From an uncultured Acidobacteriota bacterium (GTDB lineage: Bacteria; Acidobacteriota; Vicinamibacteria; Vicinamibacterales; CAVVIG01): 64,000 nucleotides of DNA. The stretch lies in contig CAVQJU010000006.1 of NCBI GenBank assembly GCA_963712905.1, forward strand, positions 11,061 to 75,060. Direction: 5' to 3'. Position numbers and translations under genes: made by a program. This document shows, piece after piece, positions 10,673-20,468 of the stretch; position 1 is the first letter of the stretch, and the number at the start of each line of letters is the position of its first letter. Below the pieces are notes generated by a model that made no database searches, had not been told where the DNA came from, and was given only the letters and a program-made list of their open reading frames with translations.

Positions 10673-11853
10673 CAGCGGTCCCCTCCTGCCGCGACGCGGC
10701 GTCCATCGGTCAGCCCTGGAGGCGCCCCGACAATCACCACGTCGGACTCGGACAGGCCGGCCAGCACCTCGGTCCCGCTCACGTTCACGAGCCGGACGCG
10801 TGCGATGCCCTTCTCGACGACGAAGACCGACGTCATTTGCCCGCGGTGCACGAGCGCGCCCGCGGGCACCGTCAGCGCGCGTCGTGCCTGGCCGCTGAAA
10901 TGCGCCCGGCCGAACATCCCGGAACGCAGCCCGGTGGTCTCGGGCAAGGTGATCTTGACCAGAAACGCGCGCGAGTCGGCGTCCACGGCACGGCCAATTT
11001 CCGCCACCGTGCCGCTGACGTTCGAGACCCCGCCACCCGTGCCCGAGTCGAGCGAGACGGGCACGACGGCGCCGGGTGCAATCTGTCCGATCCGCGATTC
11101 GTCCACGCGGACCTCGAGCCGGAAGCCGCGCGCCTCCACCCGCATCAGCGGCGTGCCGGGTGCCGCCATGTTGCCGGGCTCCACCATTTTCTCGGTGACC
11201 ACGCCGTCGAACGGCGCCGTGATGTGGGCGAACGACTCGGTGGTGCTGGCCTCATCGCTGGCGGCTCGCGCGCTGTCCACGCCCGACACGGCGCCTTGCG
11301 CACGAGCGGCGGCGCCGGCGGCCCGCGCCTCAGCCGCGCGCAGCGCGCCGGTGGCGTCGTCGAGCTCCTGCGCCGTGGCGGACCGCTTGGCGTTCAGGCC
11401 GGCAATACGTTCGTGCGTCGCGCGCGCCAGCGCGAGGGCAGCGTCGGCCGCCTGTTGCTCGGACGCCGCGGCGCTGACGGCTTGATCAGCCGCCAGCGCG
11501 GCCGCGCGAGCGCTTCGCGCGTGGGCGGCAAGGTCGCTCCCGTCGAGGACGACCAGCACCTGGCCCGCACGCACGCGATCGCCCGGCGCCACGCGGACCT
11601 CGCTGACCGGCGCCAGGATGCGCGCCATGATCGTGGCGGTCGTCCGTGCCTGCACCACGCCCCCGGCCTCGAACGTGTCGGCGGCTTCAGCCATGGCGAT
11701 GGTCGCGACCGTGACGGGAATCGGCGCCTCCGCCTCGGCGGGTCTCGTCTTCGTGCCACTCGAACAGGCCGGCAGAACGAGGCCTGCGAAGCCGGCCATG
11801 ACGAGGGCGAGGCCGCCAGCCAGCAATGAATGTCTTCTCGCCATGTTGGTCAT
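10672..11853 (-). CDS. RND membrane-fusion (periplasmic adaptor) lipoprotein
   Basis: Lipobox-like LPAC; [30 protein letters not shown]. Confidence 0.93.
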   Translation of the reverse strand: MTNMARRHSLLAGGLALVMAGFAGLVLPACSSGTKTRPAEAEAPIPVTVATIAMAEAADTFEAGGVVQARTTATIMARILAPVSEVRVAPGDRVRAGQVLVVLDGSDLAAHARSARAAALAADQAVSAAASEQQAADAALALARATHERIAGLNAKRSATAQELDDATGALRAAEARAAGAAARAQGAVSGVDSARAASDEASTTESFAHITAPFDGVVTEKMVEPGNMAAPGTPLMRVEARGFRLEVRVDESRIGQIAPGAVVPVSLDSGTGGGVSNVSGTVAEIGRAVDADSRAFLVKITLPETTGLRSGMFGRAHFSGQARRALTVPAGALVHRGQMTSVFVVEKGIARVRLVNVSGTEVLAGLSESDVVIVGAPPGLTDGRRVAAGGDR

Positions 11854-13172
11854 CGCCTTCCCAAGGTCCGTTCGAGCGCCGCTGTTTGTGTGAGAACAGC
11901 CACCTGCGCCGCTGTTTGTTGTGTCTCGGCCTGCACCACGGCTTCGGCCGCACGGAGCAGCGACGCCACGTCGGTCAAGCCGGCCTCATAGCGATCGCGG
12001 ATGATGCGCCGGCTCTCGCGCGCCTGCTCCACGGCGGCGCGGCCGACCGTCTCGCTGGCACGGGCTGCCTCGAGCCGGGCGACGGCAACGTGTACGTCGA
12101 GGCGGGCGGCGGTCTCGGCCTTCTGACGTTCAGACGCGCGGCGCGTCGTCTGTTCGCGCGCTTCGGCGAGCCGCGCCTTGTCGGCGAAGCCATGAAACAC
12201 GTTGATGCGCGCAACGGCTCCCACGACCCAGCTCGAGGTTTGCGCGTTCCAGGCACCACCGTTGAATTCCCAGCCGCCCTGCGCCGCCACCTGGGGCAAA
12301 AAGGCGCCGCGCGCCGCCGTCTCCGTCGCGCCGGCGAGCTGTTGCTGCAGCGCCGCGAGCTTCACATCGGGCCGGTTCTTCAGCGCCTCGGCTTCGAGCG
12401 ATGCGAGATCCGTCGCATCGATCGCCACCGCCCTCGGGAAACGATCCAGAACAAAGACCTCGCCCAGTGGTTCGCCGATCAACTGGTTGAGTTGCGCGCG
12501 GGCAATCCGTTCATCCGAGGCAGCACGAATCTGCTGTTCGCGGGACCGGGAGACGTAAACGTCGAGTTGCAGGACGTCGGCGTCGGTCACCAGCCCCGCG
12601 TCGCGCCGGTTTCCCGCCAACTCGCGGTCGGCGCGCGCAGTCTCGGCGGCCGCGGCGGCAGACTGGCTGGCGGCCGCCGCGACAAGGACGCGCCCATAGG
12701 CCTCGGTCACGCTGGCCGCCAAATCGTGGTCGACCATCGTGCGACTGGCTGTCGCGATGTCGTGGCCGAGGCCCGCTGCGGTGACGTTCGCCTTGGTGGC
12801 GCCGTCAAAGAGTGACTGCTCGACCATGACCCCCGTCCGGAAGTTGTTGACGGCATCCGGATGATTGAGCGCGTCGAGCGCGAAATCGGCGGCCGTAAAC
12901 TGCCGCTGGGCCAGCAGTGAGCTGAACACGAACACGGGCTGATTGCCGCGCTGCCACGACTCCGCGACGTCCACCTTGGGCCAGTAGCCGGCCCGAGCCT
13001 GCGTGACGCGCTGCGCCGCTTCGCGCTCCGCGGCCGCGGTACTAGTGGCATCCGGGTTCTGGGCGCGGGCGCGGGCGATGGCCTCCGGCAGGGTCAGCGG
13101 AGTCTGGCCCACCGCGGGCGCAGCCAGCGCGAGCGCGGCCAGGAGGACGCAGATCGTAGGGCGACGTATCAT
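11850..13172 (-). CDS. TolC family outer-membrane efflux protein
   Basis: Signal peptide, LTLPEAIARARAQNP, ALKNRPDV, RYEAGL repeats. Confidence 0.93.
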   Translation of the reverse strand: MIRRPTICVLLAALALAAPAVGQTPLTLPEAIARARAQNPDATSTAAAEREAAQRVTQARAGYWPKVDVAESWQRGNQPVFVFSSLLAQRQFTAADFALDALNHPDAVNNFRTGVMVEQSLFDGATKANVTAAGLGHDIATASRTMVDHDLAASVTEAYGRVLVAAAASQSAAAAAETARADRELAGNRRDAGLVTDADVLQLDVYVSRSREQQIRAASDERIARAQLNQLIGEPLGEVFVLDRFPRAVAIDATDLASLEAEALKNRPDVKLAALQQQLAGATETAARGAFLPQVAAQGGWEFNGGAWNAQTSSWVVGAVARINVFHGFADKARLAEAREQTTRRASERQKAETAARLDVHVAVARLEAARASETVGRAAVEQARESRRIIRDRYEAGLTDVASLLRAAEAVVQAETQQTAAQVAVLTQTAALERTLGRR

Positions 13173-13184
13173 CTCAGTAGTAGA

Positions 13185-13256
13185 GATTCATGAAACAGAA
13201 AATGGTGACAAAGGCGGCTGCCCGCACGCGTGTCACCAAAACCCAGCGGCTGAATC
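13185..13256. promoter_or_regulatory. Back-to-back divergent ECF-type promoters TGTCACCA-N12-TGAATC
   Basis: Minus copy 13210-13185 points at tolC ATG; plus copy 13231-13256 points at sigma GTG 13271; identical boxes and spacing. Confidence 0.7.
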
Positions 13257-13270
13257 CTCTCCATGAGAGG

Positions 13271-13864
13271 GTGGCGGCGGATCCCGAGCGGGACGAGTAC
13301 ACGGACCTCGTGCGATCGGCCGCGACTGGCGATGCGGCGGCCCTGGACCGCTTACTGATGCGCGCACAGGAAGTCGCCTGGCGTTTCAGCACATCCGTGT
13401 GCGGGCATGCCGACGATGCCGAGGACGCGATGCAGGAGGCCTTGATCAAGACGTACCGCTACGTCGGACGCATCCGGGAGCCTGGAGCGTTCCGGCCCTG
13501 GCTGTATCGCACGGTGCGCAACGCCTGTCTGATGGGCCGGCGGAAGAAAGTCGGCGAGCCGACGCGCCTCCAGTCGCTCGATGAGGTACTGCCCGGCCCC
13601 GATGGTCCGCGGCGTCCGGACGTGCCGGATCCCGGAAAGAGTCCGGAACAACTGGCGGACAACGCCGGGCTCCGGCGCCGCCTGCGAAGGGCGCTCCGCA
13701 CGTTGCCCGGGCCCTACCGCGCTATCGTGTTCCTGCGAGAGATGGAAGGCTTGTCGACGCGAGAGGTCGCGAAGGTGATGGGGATGTCCGAAGACAACGT
13801 CAAGACGCGCCTGCACCGGGCTCGTGTCCAGCTCCAGGCAAACCTGGAGAGAGGCGCGAAATGA
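13271..13864 (+). CDS. ECF RNA polymerase sigma factor
   Basis: DAEDAMQEA, FRPWLYRTVRN, LREMEGLSTREVA...NVKTRLHRAR; start moved from 13190 to in-frame GTG 13271 based on the promoter. Confidence 0.92.
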   Translation: MAADPERDEYTDLVRSAATGDAAALDRLLMRAQEVAWRFSTSVCGHADDAEDAMQEALIKTYRYVGRIREPGAFRPWLYRTVRNACLMGRRKKVGEPTRLQSLDEVLPGPDGPRRPDVPDPGKSPEQLADNAGLRRRLRRALRTLPGPYRAIVFLREMEGLSTREVAKVMGMSEDNVKTRLHRARVQLQANLERGAK

Positions 13865-14166
13865 CCGCCGCGGCCCGCCCGTCCGCGCGCTGCCGCGCAC
13901 TGCTGCTGGAGGTGTCGCGCTATCTGGACGGCGACCTCACGCCTGCTCGTCGCCGGACGATCGAACGGCACATCACGACGTGCGGGTGCTGCGGGACAAT
14001 GGCCGCGCGCTTGCGAACGACCGTGGCCGCCTGCCGCGCCGAGGGAAAGCAGCGGCCGCCCCGCGACGTGATGTCGCGCGCGGCGAAGCGGATCCGGATG
14101 CTGGTTACGAGAGGGGCGCCGCGGCAAGTCGCGAGCGCCAGGCATCGCCGCGCCGGCAAGCAATGA
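13861..14166 (+). CDS. zf-HC2 zinc anti-sigma factor (soluble)
   Basis: SRYLDGDL...IERHITTCGCC (HxxxCxxC), ATGA overlap with sigma. Confidence 0.88.
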   Translation: MTAAARPSARCRALLLEVSRYLDGDLTPARRRTIERHITTCGCCGTMAARLRTTVAACRAEGKQRPPRDVMSRAAKRIRMLVTRGAPRQVASARHRRAGKQ

Positions 14167-14235
14167 CCGACATCTGCGGGTCGGGCAGCTCGCCGAGCAC
14201 ACGGGCGTCAGTGTCGATACGATTCGGCAATCACG
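14163..14235 (+). pseudogene. MerR-family HTH N-terminal relic
   Basis: ATG overlaps anti-sigma stop; shifted frame reads RHLRVGQLAEHTGVSVDTIR, then similarity ends. Confidence 0.65.
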
Positions 14236-14456
14236 GAGCACGCCACCGGCGACTCCGTCAGCGTGCAGAAGTGACGCTGGAGCGCCGTCGATCCGTGCTG
14301 TACGCTCGGCTCCGCTGGACGGCCGTGCTCAATGACGGCGTGCACGTCTCGTCCTGCCGAAGGTTCCACGCATGAGCAATATTCGCCAACGCGGCACTCT
14401 GAACCGAATGCAGCTGCGAGCAATCGATTCGGAGAAACTGCAGTGTCGAGTCTCCC

Positions 14457-14948
14457 CTACTGCTTGTCGTAGACCCTCACGTTGTAGATTGATTGACCGG
14501 CCGCGTTGACGCCCTTCGTTGTAATGGTCATCGTCTTGCCATCCTTCGTTAGAACGTTAGTGGAGGTCAAAACGATTTTTCCGGCCTTCTTGCGAATAAC
14601 CTCGTACTTCTCGGCACTGATGGGTTTCCAGGCGGTGGTTTCGTAATCGGCGTTCGGGGTGGCGTGGTCCCTGCCATCGAAGTTGATAGCCAGATTGTTC
14701 ATATCCGGATTGATCGGCTTGCCTGACGCGTCGATGCCTTGCAACAGCGCAGTCCAATGGGGTCCTGCCGACTGAAACGTCAGGGTCTGTTTCTTAGGCG
14801 GCGGACCGGGGCTGAAGGTGGATTGTGCCAAGTTGAGTTCCCACGTTCCGACGCGGGGCTCGCCTTGCGCCGCGGCCCCTGACACGACAACCACCAGGAG
14901 GACGACCGAGACGACCCACATGTCGAACGAGACGTTGAGTGCCTTCAT
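14457..14948 (-). CDS. Exported hypothetical beta-barrel-like protein
   Basis: Signal peptide, GTWELNLAQSTFSPGP...VYDKQ; RBS GAGAGG; lower GC than flanks. Confidence 0.75.
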   Translation of the reverse strand: MKALNVSFDMWVVSVVLLVVVVSGAAAQGEPRVGTWELNLAQSTFSPGPPPKKQTLTFQSAGPHWTALLQGIDASGKPINPDMNNLAINFDGRDHATPNADYETTAWKPISAEKYEVIRKKAGKIVLTSTNVLTKDGKTMTITTKGVNAAGQSIYNVRVYDKQ

Positions 14949-15049
14949 CACGTGCCTCTCTTCCGTTCCTGGGATGAACCCCAAGCGCTGTTGTCTGAGA
15001 ATTGGCCGCCCCTCCTTGAGCGAATTGGTCACGAGTCATGTCGGGTGTG

Positions 15050-16063
15050 TTACCTGCCAGCGGGAGCGGCCCGCTTGAGATCGTTGTAGATCGCCTCCAC
15101 GAACATCGCGCCCGTGTAGTCCGGATTGGAATACAGTCCGTCGTACTCCAAGGTGACCTTCGCCGCCTTGATTTGCTCGAGCGATTTTCCGGCCTTCATC
15201 GCGTCGCGCACGCGGTCGCGGACGATGGTCGCCATGTCGCGGTACTCGACCACGTCGGACTGATTGCTGATCCGGCCGTGGCCGGGAATGATGCGGGTGC
15301 CACCCTGTTGGTTGAACTCGGCCACCGCGACGTCGATGACGTGGTTCAAGACGTCCAACACACCTTGCATCGTGCCGCCCCTCGTCGGGTCGAACCGCGG
15401 ATACGACGTCGTGCTGTACGCATCTCCGGTCGCGATGACGTCGGATCGGCGAAACCAGACGATGGCGTCGCCATCGGTGTGCCCCGGCGCGTGCTGCAGC
15501 TCGATCGGCTCGTGATTGAAGAAGATCTTCTGCTTCTCCCCCGCAAACGTGTCGGTCGGCCACAACGCGTGCGGCACCGGCGATGGGCGGCCGGTCGGCG
15601 CGCTCATTCGGTTGAGCGCCTTCTCGTGCGCGAAGATCTGCGCCTGCGGGGCGTCGGTGAAGGCGAGGTTGAACAGCGGCGTGCCGGTCTTGGCCAGCTT
15701 CTCGTTCCCGCCGATATGGTCAGCGTCCGTGGTCGTGTTGACGATCGCCTTGATGGGGACGCTCGTGAGCTTTCTGATCTGGGTGAGCACGTCGTCGCTG
15801 ACGTCCAGCCGTCCCGAATCTACGAGGAAGACGCCCTGATCGTCAATCTGCGCAGCGATGTTGCCGCTCCTTCCGGTGGAGATGAGAAACACGCTCCCCT
15901 GGACCGGAAGCAACTCGACGGGGGCATCGTCCAGGTTCGGACGGCCCGGCCGGTATTTCATCTGGTCCGGCGTCAGCACGGATTGCGCGCCCGCCGCCAC
16001 ACCCAGCACCAGGACGCTCATCGCGAATGCTGCCACGGCCGACTGACGTGGACGAAGTATCAT
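15050..16063 (-). CDS. Exported MBL-fold metallo-hydrolase (cyclase-like) with degenerate metal motif
   Basis: IVNTTTDADHIGGN, PGHTDGD, VIATGD, IIPGHG; start MILRPRQ at 16063. Confidence 0.85.
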   Translation of the reverse strand: MILRPRQSAVAAFAMSVLVLGVAAGAQSVLTPDQMKYRPGRPNLDDAPVELLPVQGSVFLISTGRSGNIAAQIDDQGVFLVDSGRLDVSDDVLTQIRKLTSVPIKAIVNTTTDADHIGGNEKLAKTGTPLFNLAFTDAPQAQIFAHEKALNRMSAPTGRPSPVPHALWPTDTFAGEKQKIFFNHEPIELQHAPGHTDGDAIVWFRRSDVIATGDAYSTTSYPRFDPTRGGTMQGVLDVLNHVIDVAVAEFNQQGGTRIIPGHGRISNQSDVVEYRDMATIVRDRVRDAMKAGKSLEQIKAAKVTLEYDGLYSNPDYTGAMFVEAIYNDLKRAAPAGR

Positions 16064-16071
16064 GGACGTCT

Positions 16072-16968
16072 CTAGGGCCTGGCCCGCAGCCGCTCGATCG
16101 TGATCTGGTACTCGGGATAGGTGGTATTCGCGCCGCCCCGAGTGGCATCGAACGGGATGCCATATTTCTCCGCAGGCTCGGTGTGACGGGTGCCCAGCGG
16201 ATAGTGCGGCACCCAGCCGACGACCTTGCCCACCAGCTCGTCCACCGGCTCCCACGGCAAGGCCTGCGCGACGCTCTGGTTCGGATTGAGCACCCATGTC
16301 TGCGTGCGGATGAACGGTTCTTCGAGATAGATCGGATCCTCGATCATGGTGACGCTCGTCAGCAGCGTTCCGTGGCGGAAGAAGTGTTCGGTCATGACGC
16401 TGTACGGACTCGTGTACACGCCGACTTTCTGAATGACGCCGAGCTTCATGTGCGTCGTCGTGACCGTGAGTTCGCCCTCGTGGAAGGTGCCGGTCGAGAA
16501 GCCGGCCCACGTGTGCTCCGCGTGTTCTGAAGGGTGGGGCCGGCCGTCGAGCCAGATCGTGCGATCGGCACGGCCGAACACGCCGACAAGTCTCAACGCG
16601 ATGAGCCGATCCGTTACTGGATCTCGCACCTCGCTGATGCGAATATTCGGGCCCTCGCCGCGCATCGCGTACTGCGCCGGATGCGCCTGCGTCTGTCGCT
16701 CGGGTTGCGACAGGACATCGGCGTCCCAGCTCTCCGCCATCTGCCGGGCGGCGGCGTTGATCGGCAGTCCGGTGTAGTCGCCAAGAAAACCGCCGGCACC
16801 GCGATAGATCGCGTCCTCGTGCACCTGCGCGGCCCATTCACCGGCCAGATCAATCACGGGGCCCGGGGGTGCGTTCTGGGCGAGAACCGTCACCGGCCCC
16901 AGACATGTCGCGAGGACCAGCCATCCGATTCCGATGGTGAGCGCGGGCCACTGCCGTGTTCGACGCAC
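16072..16968 (-). CDS. Exported conserved hypothetical protein
   Basis: Signal peptide; DYTGLPIN, RTIWLDGRPHP...TWAGFSTG, IEDPIYLEEP motifs; RBS GAGGAGG. Confidence 0.8.
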   Translation of the reverse strand: MRRTRQWPALTIGIGWLVLATCLGPVTVLAQNAPPGPVIDLAGEWAAQVHEDAIYRGAGGFLGDYTGLPINAAARQMAESWDADVLSQPERQTQAHPAQYAMRGEGPNIRISEVRDPVTDRLIALRLVGVFGRADRTIWLDGRPHPSEHAEHTWAGFSTGTFHEGELTVTTTHMKLGVIQKVGVYTSPYSVMTEHFFRHGTLLTSVTMIEDPIYLEEPFIRTQTWVLNPNQSVAQALPWEPVDELVGKVVGWVPHYPLGTRHTEPAEKYGIPFDATRGGANTTYPEYQITIERLRARP

Positions 16969-16983
16969 GCGTCCTCCTCGCTG

Positions 16984-17640
16984 TCAGATCTTCACGTAGG
17001 TGAGGCCCCGCTCCTGGACCAGACCCATCGCCATGACGTGCGATGGTACCAGGCGCACGCCCGGGTTCAACCCTGCGAGCAGATCGGCACGCACCTCGGC
17101 CACCGACAGCTGCCGCGGCGCCGCCAACTGCTGGGCAATGCCGGTCAGCGCGATGTTGCACTGCCAGAAGATCGTGCCCCGCGCCTGCAGCGACTTGACG
17201 CCCATCGTGCTGTCGTCCATGAAGACGTTGCGGACGGCCGGCTTCATCGTCACCGGGTCGATGATCTTCGACCGCTCACCAAGCGCGTACTTTTCCCAGA
17301 GCCGGTCGGAGGCGTTGATGGGAAAGGCGTGGCCCGAAATGCCCACGACCGTCTTGACTTCAGGGAATTCGAGCTTGTACACGTCGCGAAACGCATCCAT
17401 GTAGTTTCTCGGAAAGCGCAGCGCGCGAGGCTCGACCGCGAGATCCACATCGGCCAGGTCGAAGACCTGCTTGTGCTGGGCCTTCAACTCATCCATCCAC
17501 CGCAGGTCCCATGTCTGGACTGACGCCGCCGGGGCTTGCGCCGCCGCCTCACGTCCGGCCGCGTGGATCACGGCCACGCCGGCGAGCGAGGTCAACACCG
17601 ACATGAACGTTCGGCGGCTTCGATCGGAATGTATCGCCAT
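16984..17640 (-). CDS. Tat-exported DsrE-like protein
   Basis: SRRTFM Tat motif; LQARGTIFWQCNIAL and VQERGLTYV resemble the DsrE fold. Confidence 0.7.
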   Translation of the reverse strand: MAIHSDRSRRTFMSVLTSLAGVAVIHAAGREAAAQAPAASVQTWDLRWMDELKAQHKQVFDLADVDLAVEPRALRFPRNYMDAFRDVYKLEFPEVKTVVGISGHAFPINASDRLWEKYALGERSKIIDPVTMKPAVRNVFMDDSTMGVKSLQARGTIFWQCNIALTGIAQQLAAPRQLSVAEVRADLLAGLNPGVRLVPSHVMAMGLVQERGLTYVKI

Positions 17641-17654
17641 GCTGGTCTCCTGCT

Positions 17655-18833
17655 TCAGCCGATCCGCACCTTGCGCGGGAACTGCGAGTTGTCTTCGAGG
17701 AACGTCTTCTTCCGAGCCAGATCGGCGACCGTCGGCTGCACGACGCCGTTCGCGTCGGTCGCGCGCGACACCAGAGTGTGCTCACCCGGCGTGGCACCGT
17801 CCCAGCGATACGTGAACAGCTTCCACGAATGCTGCGTGTTGGCGGGATCGAGCGTGGCCCGCTGCCACGCCCCGCCGTCAATCTGCACTTCGACCGACTT
17901 CAGCGGCGTGCCGTCGTTCAGCACGAAGCCCAGGACCTGGTGCGCGCCGGCCGTTCGCCTGACGCGGGCGATCACGGACTTCAGCTGCAGCCGTGTGACT
18001 TCCGTCTCGACCCATTGGGTCTCGGGGTCGGTCTCCCCTCCCGAGCCGCCCACGGTGCGCACCGTCCGGTACCAGCGAGCCTGGAAGTTGCCGAGGAACC
18101 GATCCTCCTGCAGGTGCACTTCCGACAGCCACTTCACGTTGGCGACACCGTACCAACCCGGCATGATGAGCCGGAGCGGAAACCCGCTGTCGCGCGTCAA
18201 CGGCTGACCGTTCAGCGCATAGGCCAGCAGCGGCTCCGGCTTCATCGCGTGCTCGAGCGTGATGCTGCGCGCGAACTGCTGTTCGACCTTGAACGTCTGC
18301 TGACGGAACACCACGTCTTCCTTGCCGCGGTCGGTCCCGAAGAAGACCACTTCCCGCGCCCGGTCGCCCACACCGGCCCGCTTGAGCACGTCACGAAGGC
18401 GTACGCCCGTGAACCGGCCGTTCGACGAGAGCCCCTGCATCGCGCGCGGGCTGTTGCCGGAGCATTCGTAGCCGTTGACGAGATCCACCGACTTCATGGC
18501 CTTGAGATCCGCCAGCGGCAACTCGATCGGCTTGTCGACCAGACCCGTGAGCTTCAGGCGGTACGCGGCCCCGTCGATTTCGGGCTTGTTGTAGTGCTGG
18601 ATGAAGAAGAACTGATCGTTCGGCGTGATGAGGCCGTCGATCTTCCGGATGTCGAGAAACCGGTTCGCGCCCGTGGGATTGATCGGGTTAAACGTGGCCG
18701 GGATGTCCGTGAACGGCACGTCCGCCTCACCTTGAGCCAGGGCCGGCAGCGCCCATTCCGGCACCAGCGCCAGCACACCCGCCGCCACCAGGCCTCGCTT
18801 CAGCGTTTCTCTACGGGTCAGCTGATCTGCCAT
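17655..18833 (-). CDS. Tat-exported molybdopterin oxidoreductase, sulfite oxidase family
   Basis: TRRETLK; ECSGN Mo-ligand Cys; GFPLRLIMPGWYGVANVKWL; C-terminal SRATDANG..QP. Confidence 0.92.
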   Translation of the reverse strand: MADQLTRRETLKRGLVAAGVLALVPEWALPALAQGEADVPFTDIPATFNPINPTGANRFLDIRKIDGLITPNDQFFFIQHYNKPEIDGAAYRLKLTGLVDKPIELPLADLKAMKSVDLVNGYECSGNSPRAMQGLSSNGRFTGVRLRDVLKRAGVGDRAREVVFFGTDRGKEDVVFRQQTFKVEQQFARSITLEHAMKPEPLLAYALNGQPLTRDSGFPLRLIMPGWYGVANVKWLSEVHLQEDRFLGNFQARWYRTVRTVGGSGGETDPETQWVETEVTRLQLKSVIARVRRTAGAHQVLGFVLNDGTPLKSVEVQIDGGAWQRATLDPANTQHSWKLFTYRWDGATPGEHTLVSRATDANGVVQPTVADLARKKTFLEDNSQFPRKVRIG

Positions 18834-18847
18834 CGTCTGCTCCTTGC

Positions 18848-20098
18848 CTATTTGGCCGGCTCCTGGATGAGCCGCTCGATCAAGTCGCGCATTTCCCGCT
18901 TCTGCCGCACATGCTCCTCACCGGTCGCCGCACTCGCGAAACCGGCGTGCACGCGCCTGACGCGCCCGTCACGTCCCAGAACAATCGTGGTGGGATAGAC
19001 GGCGAAGTTGACCAGTTGTGGCAGCTTCTGGGCGACCTCGCTCTCCTGGTTGGTCCCCGGCACGAGGATCGGGAACGGGACGGCGTAGCGCCTGATGAAG
19101 GCGAGCATACGCGGGCGGGCGACCGCCAGCGTCGCATCGTTCTCGAAGAACAGGCCCACGATCTCCAGGCCTCTCGCATGGTAGTCCTTGTAGAGCTCGG
19201 CCAGGAACGGCACTTCGTCGTGGCAATTCGGGCACCAGGTCCCGCCGATGGTCAAGACGACCACCCGCCCTTGAAATATCGAGTCCGTGTCCCGGACCAT
19301 CTTCCCGTCGAGATCCGGTCCGAAGAAACGAAAGCGTTCGGTCGGATCCGTCACGCTGGTGAAGCGCGACAGGTCCGGGGGCTCGGGGATGCCCTTCGCG
19401 CGCGCTTCGCTCGTACGCGCGGCGAGATAGGTCGACTTTCGATCGAGCGTCACGCTGAGTGTGCCGTCGGCGTTGGGCTGGGCCTCGAAGAGCAGCGGCC
19501 GCTCCCCGGCGAAGTGGCTCATCACCAGCCGGCCGTCGCTCCAGTGGCCGACCAGCGTCCCGGTGTCGCCCGATGTTCTGAGAATCGCGCCCGAGACTTC
19601 GGGACCGGATTGCCGGAGATACAGCCGCCACGACACGTCAAGCTTCGACCCGTCGTCGGCGGTCCGATACATGGCCCAATTGCCCTCGACCCGAGGGACA
19701 TCGGTTTCCGTCACCGGCACGGGCGCAAACCGTTGCGCCCGAAATACCTGCGGACGTGCGCCGGCGCGTTTGTTGCGATACGTGCCACGGAGCTCATCGC
19801 CTTCGAGCGTCGCTTCGAGCGTCGTATTGAGGAAATCGTACTCGAGCCTCAGCGTGCCGTCCTCGAGGCTCCCCGACGTCGAGCCCACCTTGCGATCGCC
19901 CTCGAAGAAGAAGCCTTGGACGTGGTCTTCGTTCTGCGCGATCTCGAAGCGGAATGGGACCTCTGCGTTATTGGCCACGATGACCGCGTCCCACAAACCG
20001 GACAGGGTCCGGGCGGGCGTCCGGGAGCACCCGGCCGCGAGGAGGGCCAGCGTGAACGCGCAGGCGACGCCGGAAGTACCGAGCCTAGGAGCGCACAT
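18848..20098 (-). CDS. TlpA-family thiol:disulfide reductase lipoprotein
   Basis: Lipobox LAAGC; GTWCPNCHDE; YPTT cis-Pro loop. Confidence 0.88.
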   Translation of the reverse strand: MCAPRLGTSGVACAFTLALLAAGCSRTPARTLSGLWDAVIVANNAEVPFRFEIAQNEDHVQGFFFEGDRKVGSTSGSLEDGTLRLEYDFLNTTLEATLEGDELRGTYRNKRAGARPQVFRAQRFAPVPVTETDVPRVEGNWAMYRTADDGSKLDVSWRLYLRQSGPEVSGAILRTSGDTGTLVGHWSDGRLVMSHFAGERPLLFEAQPNADGTLSVTLDRKSTYLAARTSEARAKGIPEPPDLSRFTSVTDPTERFRFFGPDLDGKMVRDTDSIFQGRVVVLTIGGTWCPNCHDEVPFLAELYKDYHARGLEIVGLFFENDATLAVARPRMLAFIRRYAVPFPILVPGTNQESEVAQKLPQLVNFAVYPTTIVLGRDGRVRRVHAGFASAATGEEHVRQKREMRDLIERLIQEPAK

Positions 20099-20175
20099 CG
20101 TCTCGCGCTAGTGTAGTGCGAGTGTTACTATGGCGCAGGTTTTTGACCGCGGCTGCGCATCTCCGAAAGACCGTT

Positions 20176-20380
20176 AAGAAGGCCATGCGTCCACGCTCCC
20201 GACCAACGGCGTGTACTCGGCCACGGCGTACCTGCCTACATCAACGGCATCGTCGGCGAGCACGACGTGCTCGATCAAACGACACTGCCACGCGTCAAGA
20301 TGCCGAACCGTGAGGGATTCGTCCCGGACACGCGGCCAGACACCGGCACGAAGCCCGCGACTCGCCGCCACGGGCGGTAA
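20176..20380 (+). pseudogene. C-terminal relic of a SoxD/SorB-like class I cytochrome c
   Basis: Across frames: KKAM / VYSATAYL / YINGIVGEHDVLDQTTLPRVKMPNREGFVPDTRP*; heme-binding N-terminus missing. Confidence 0.7.
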
Positions 20381-20468
20381 AGTGCGCCGGAAGCTCGGGC
20401 ACGGACTGAGCAAAGGCACCGTCGATCACAGGACCACTGGAGGCGGACCCTGAAGCCAAGCGCTGATG

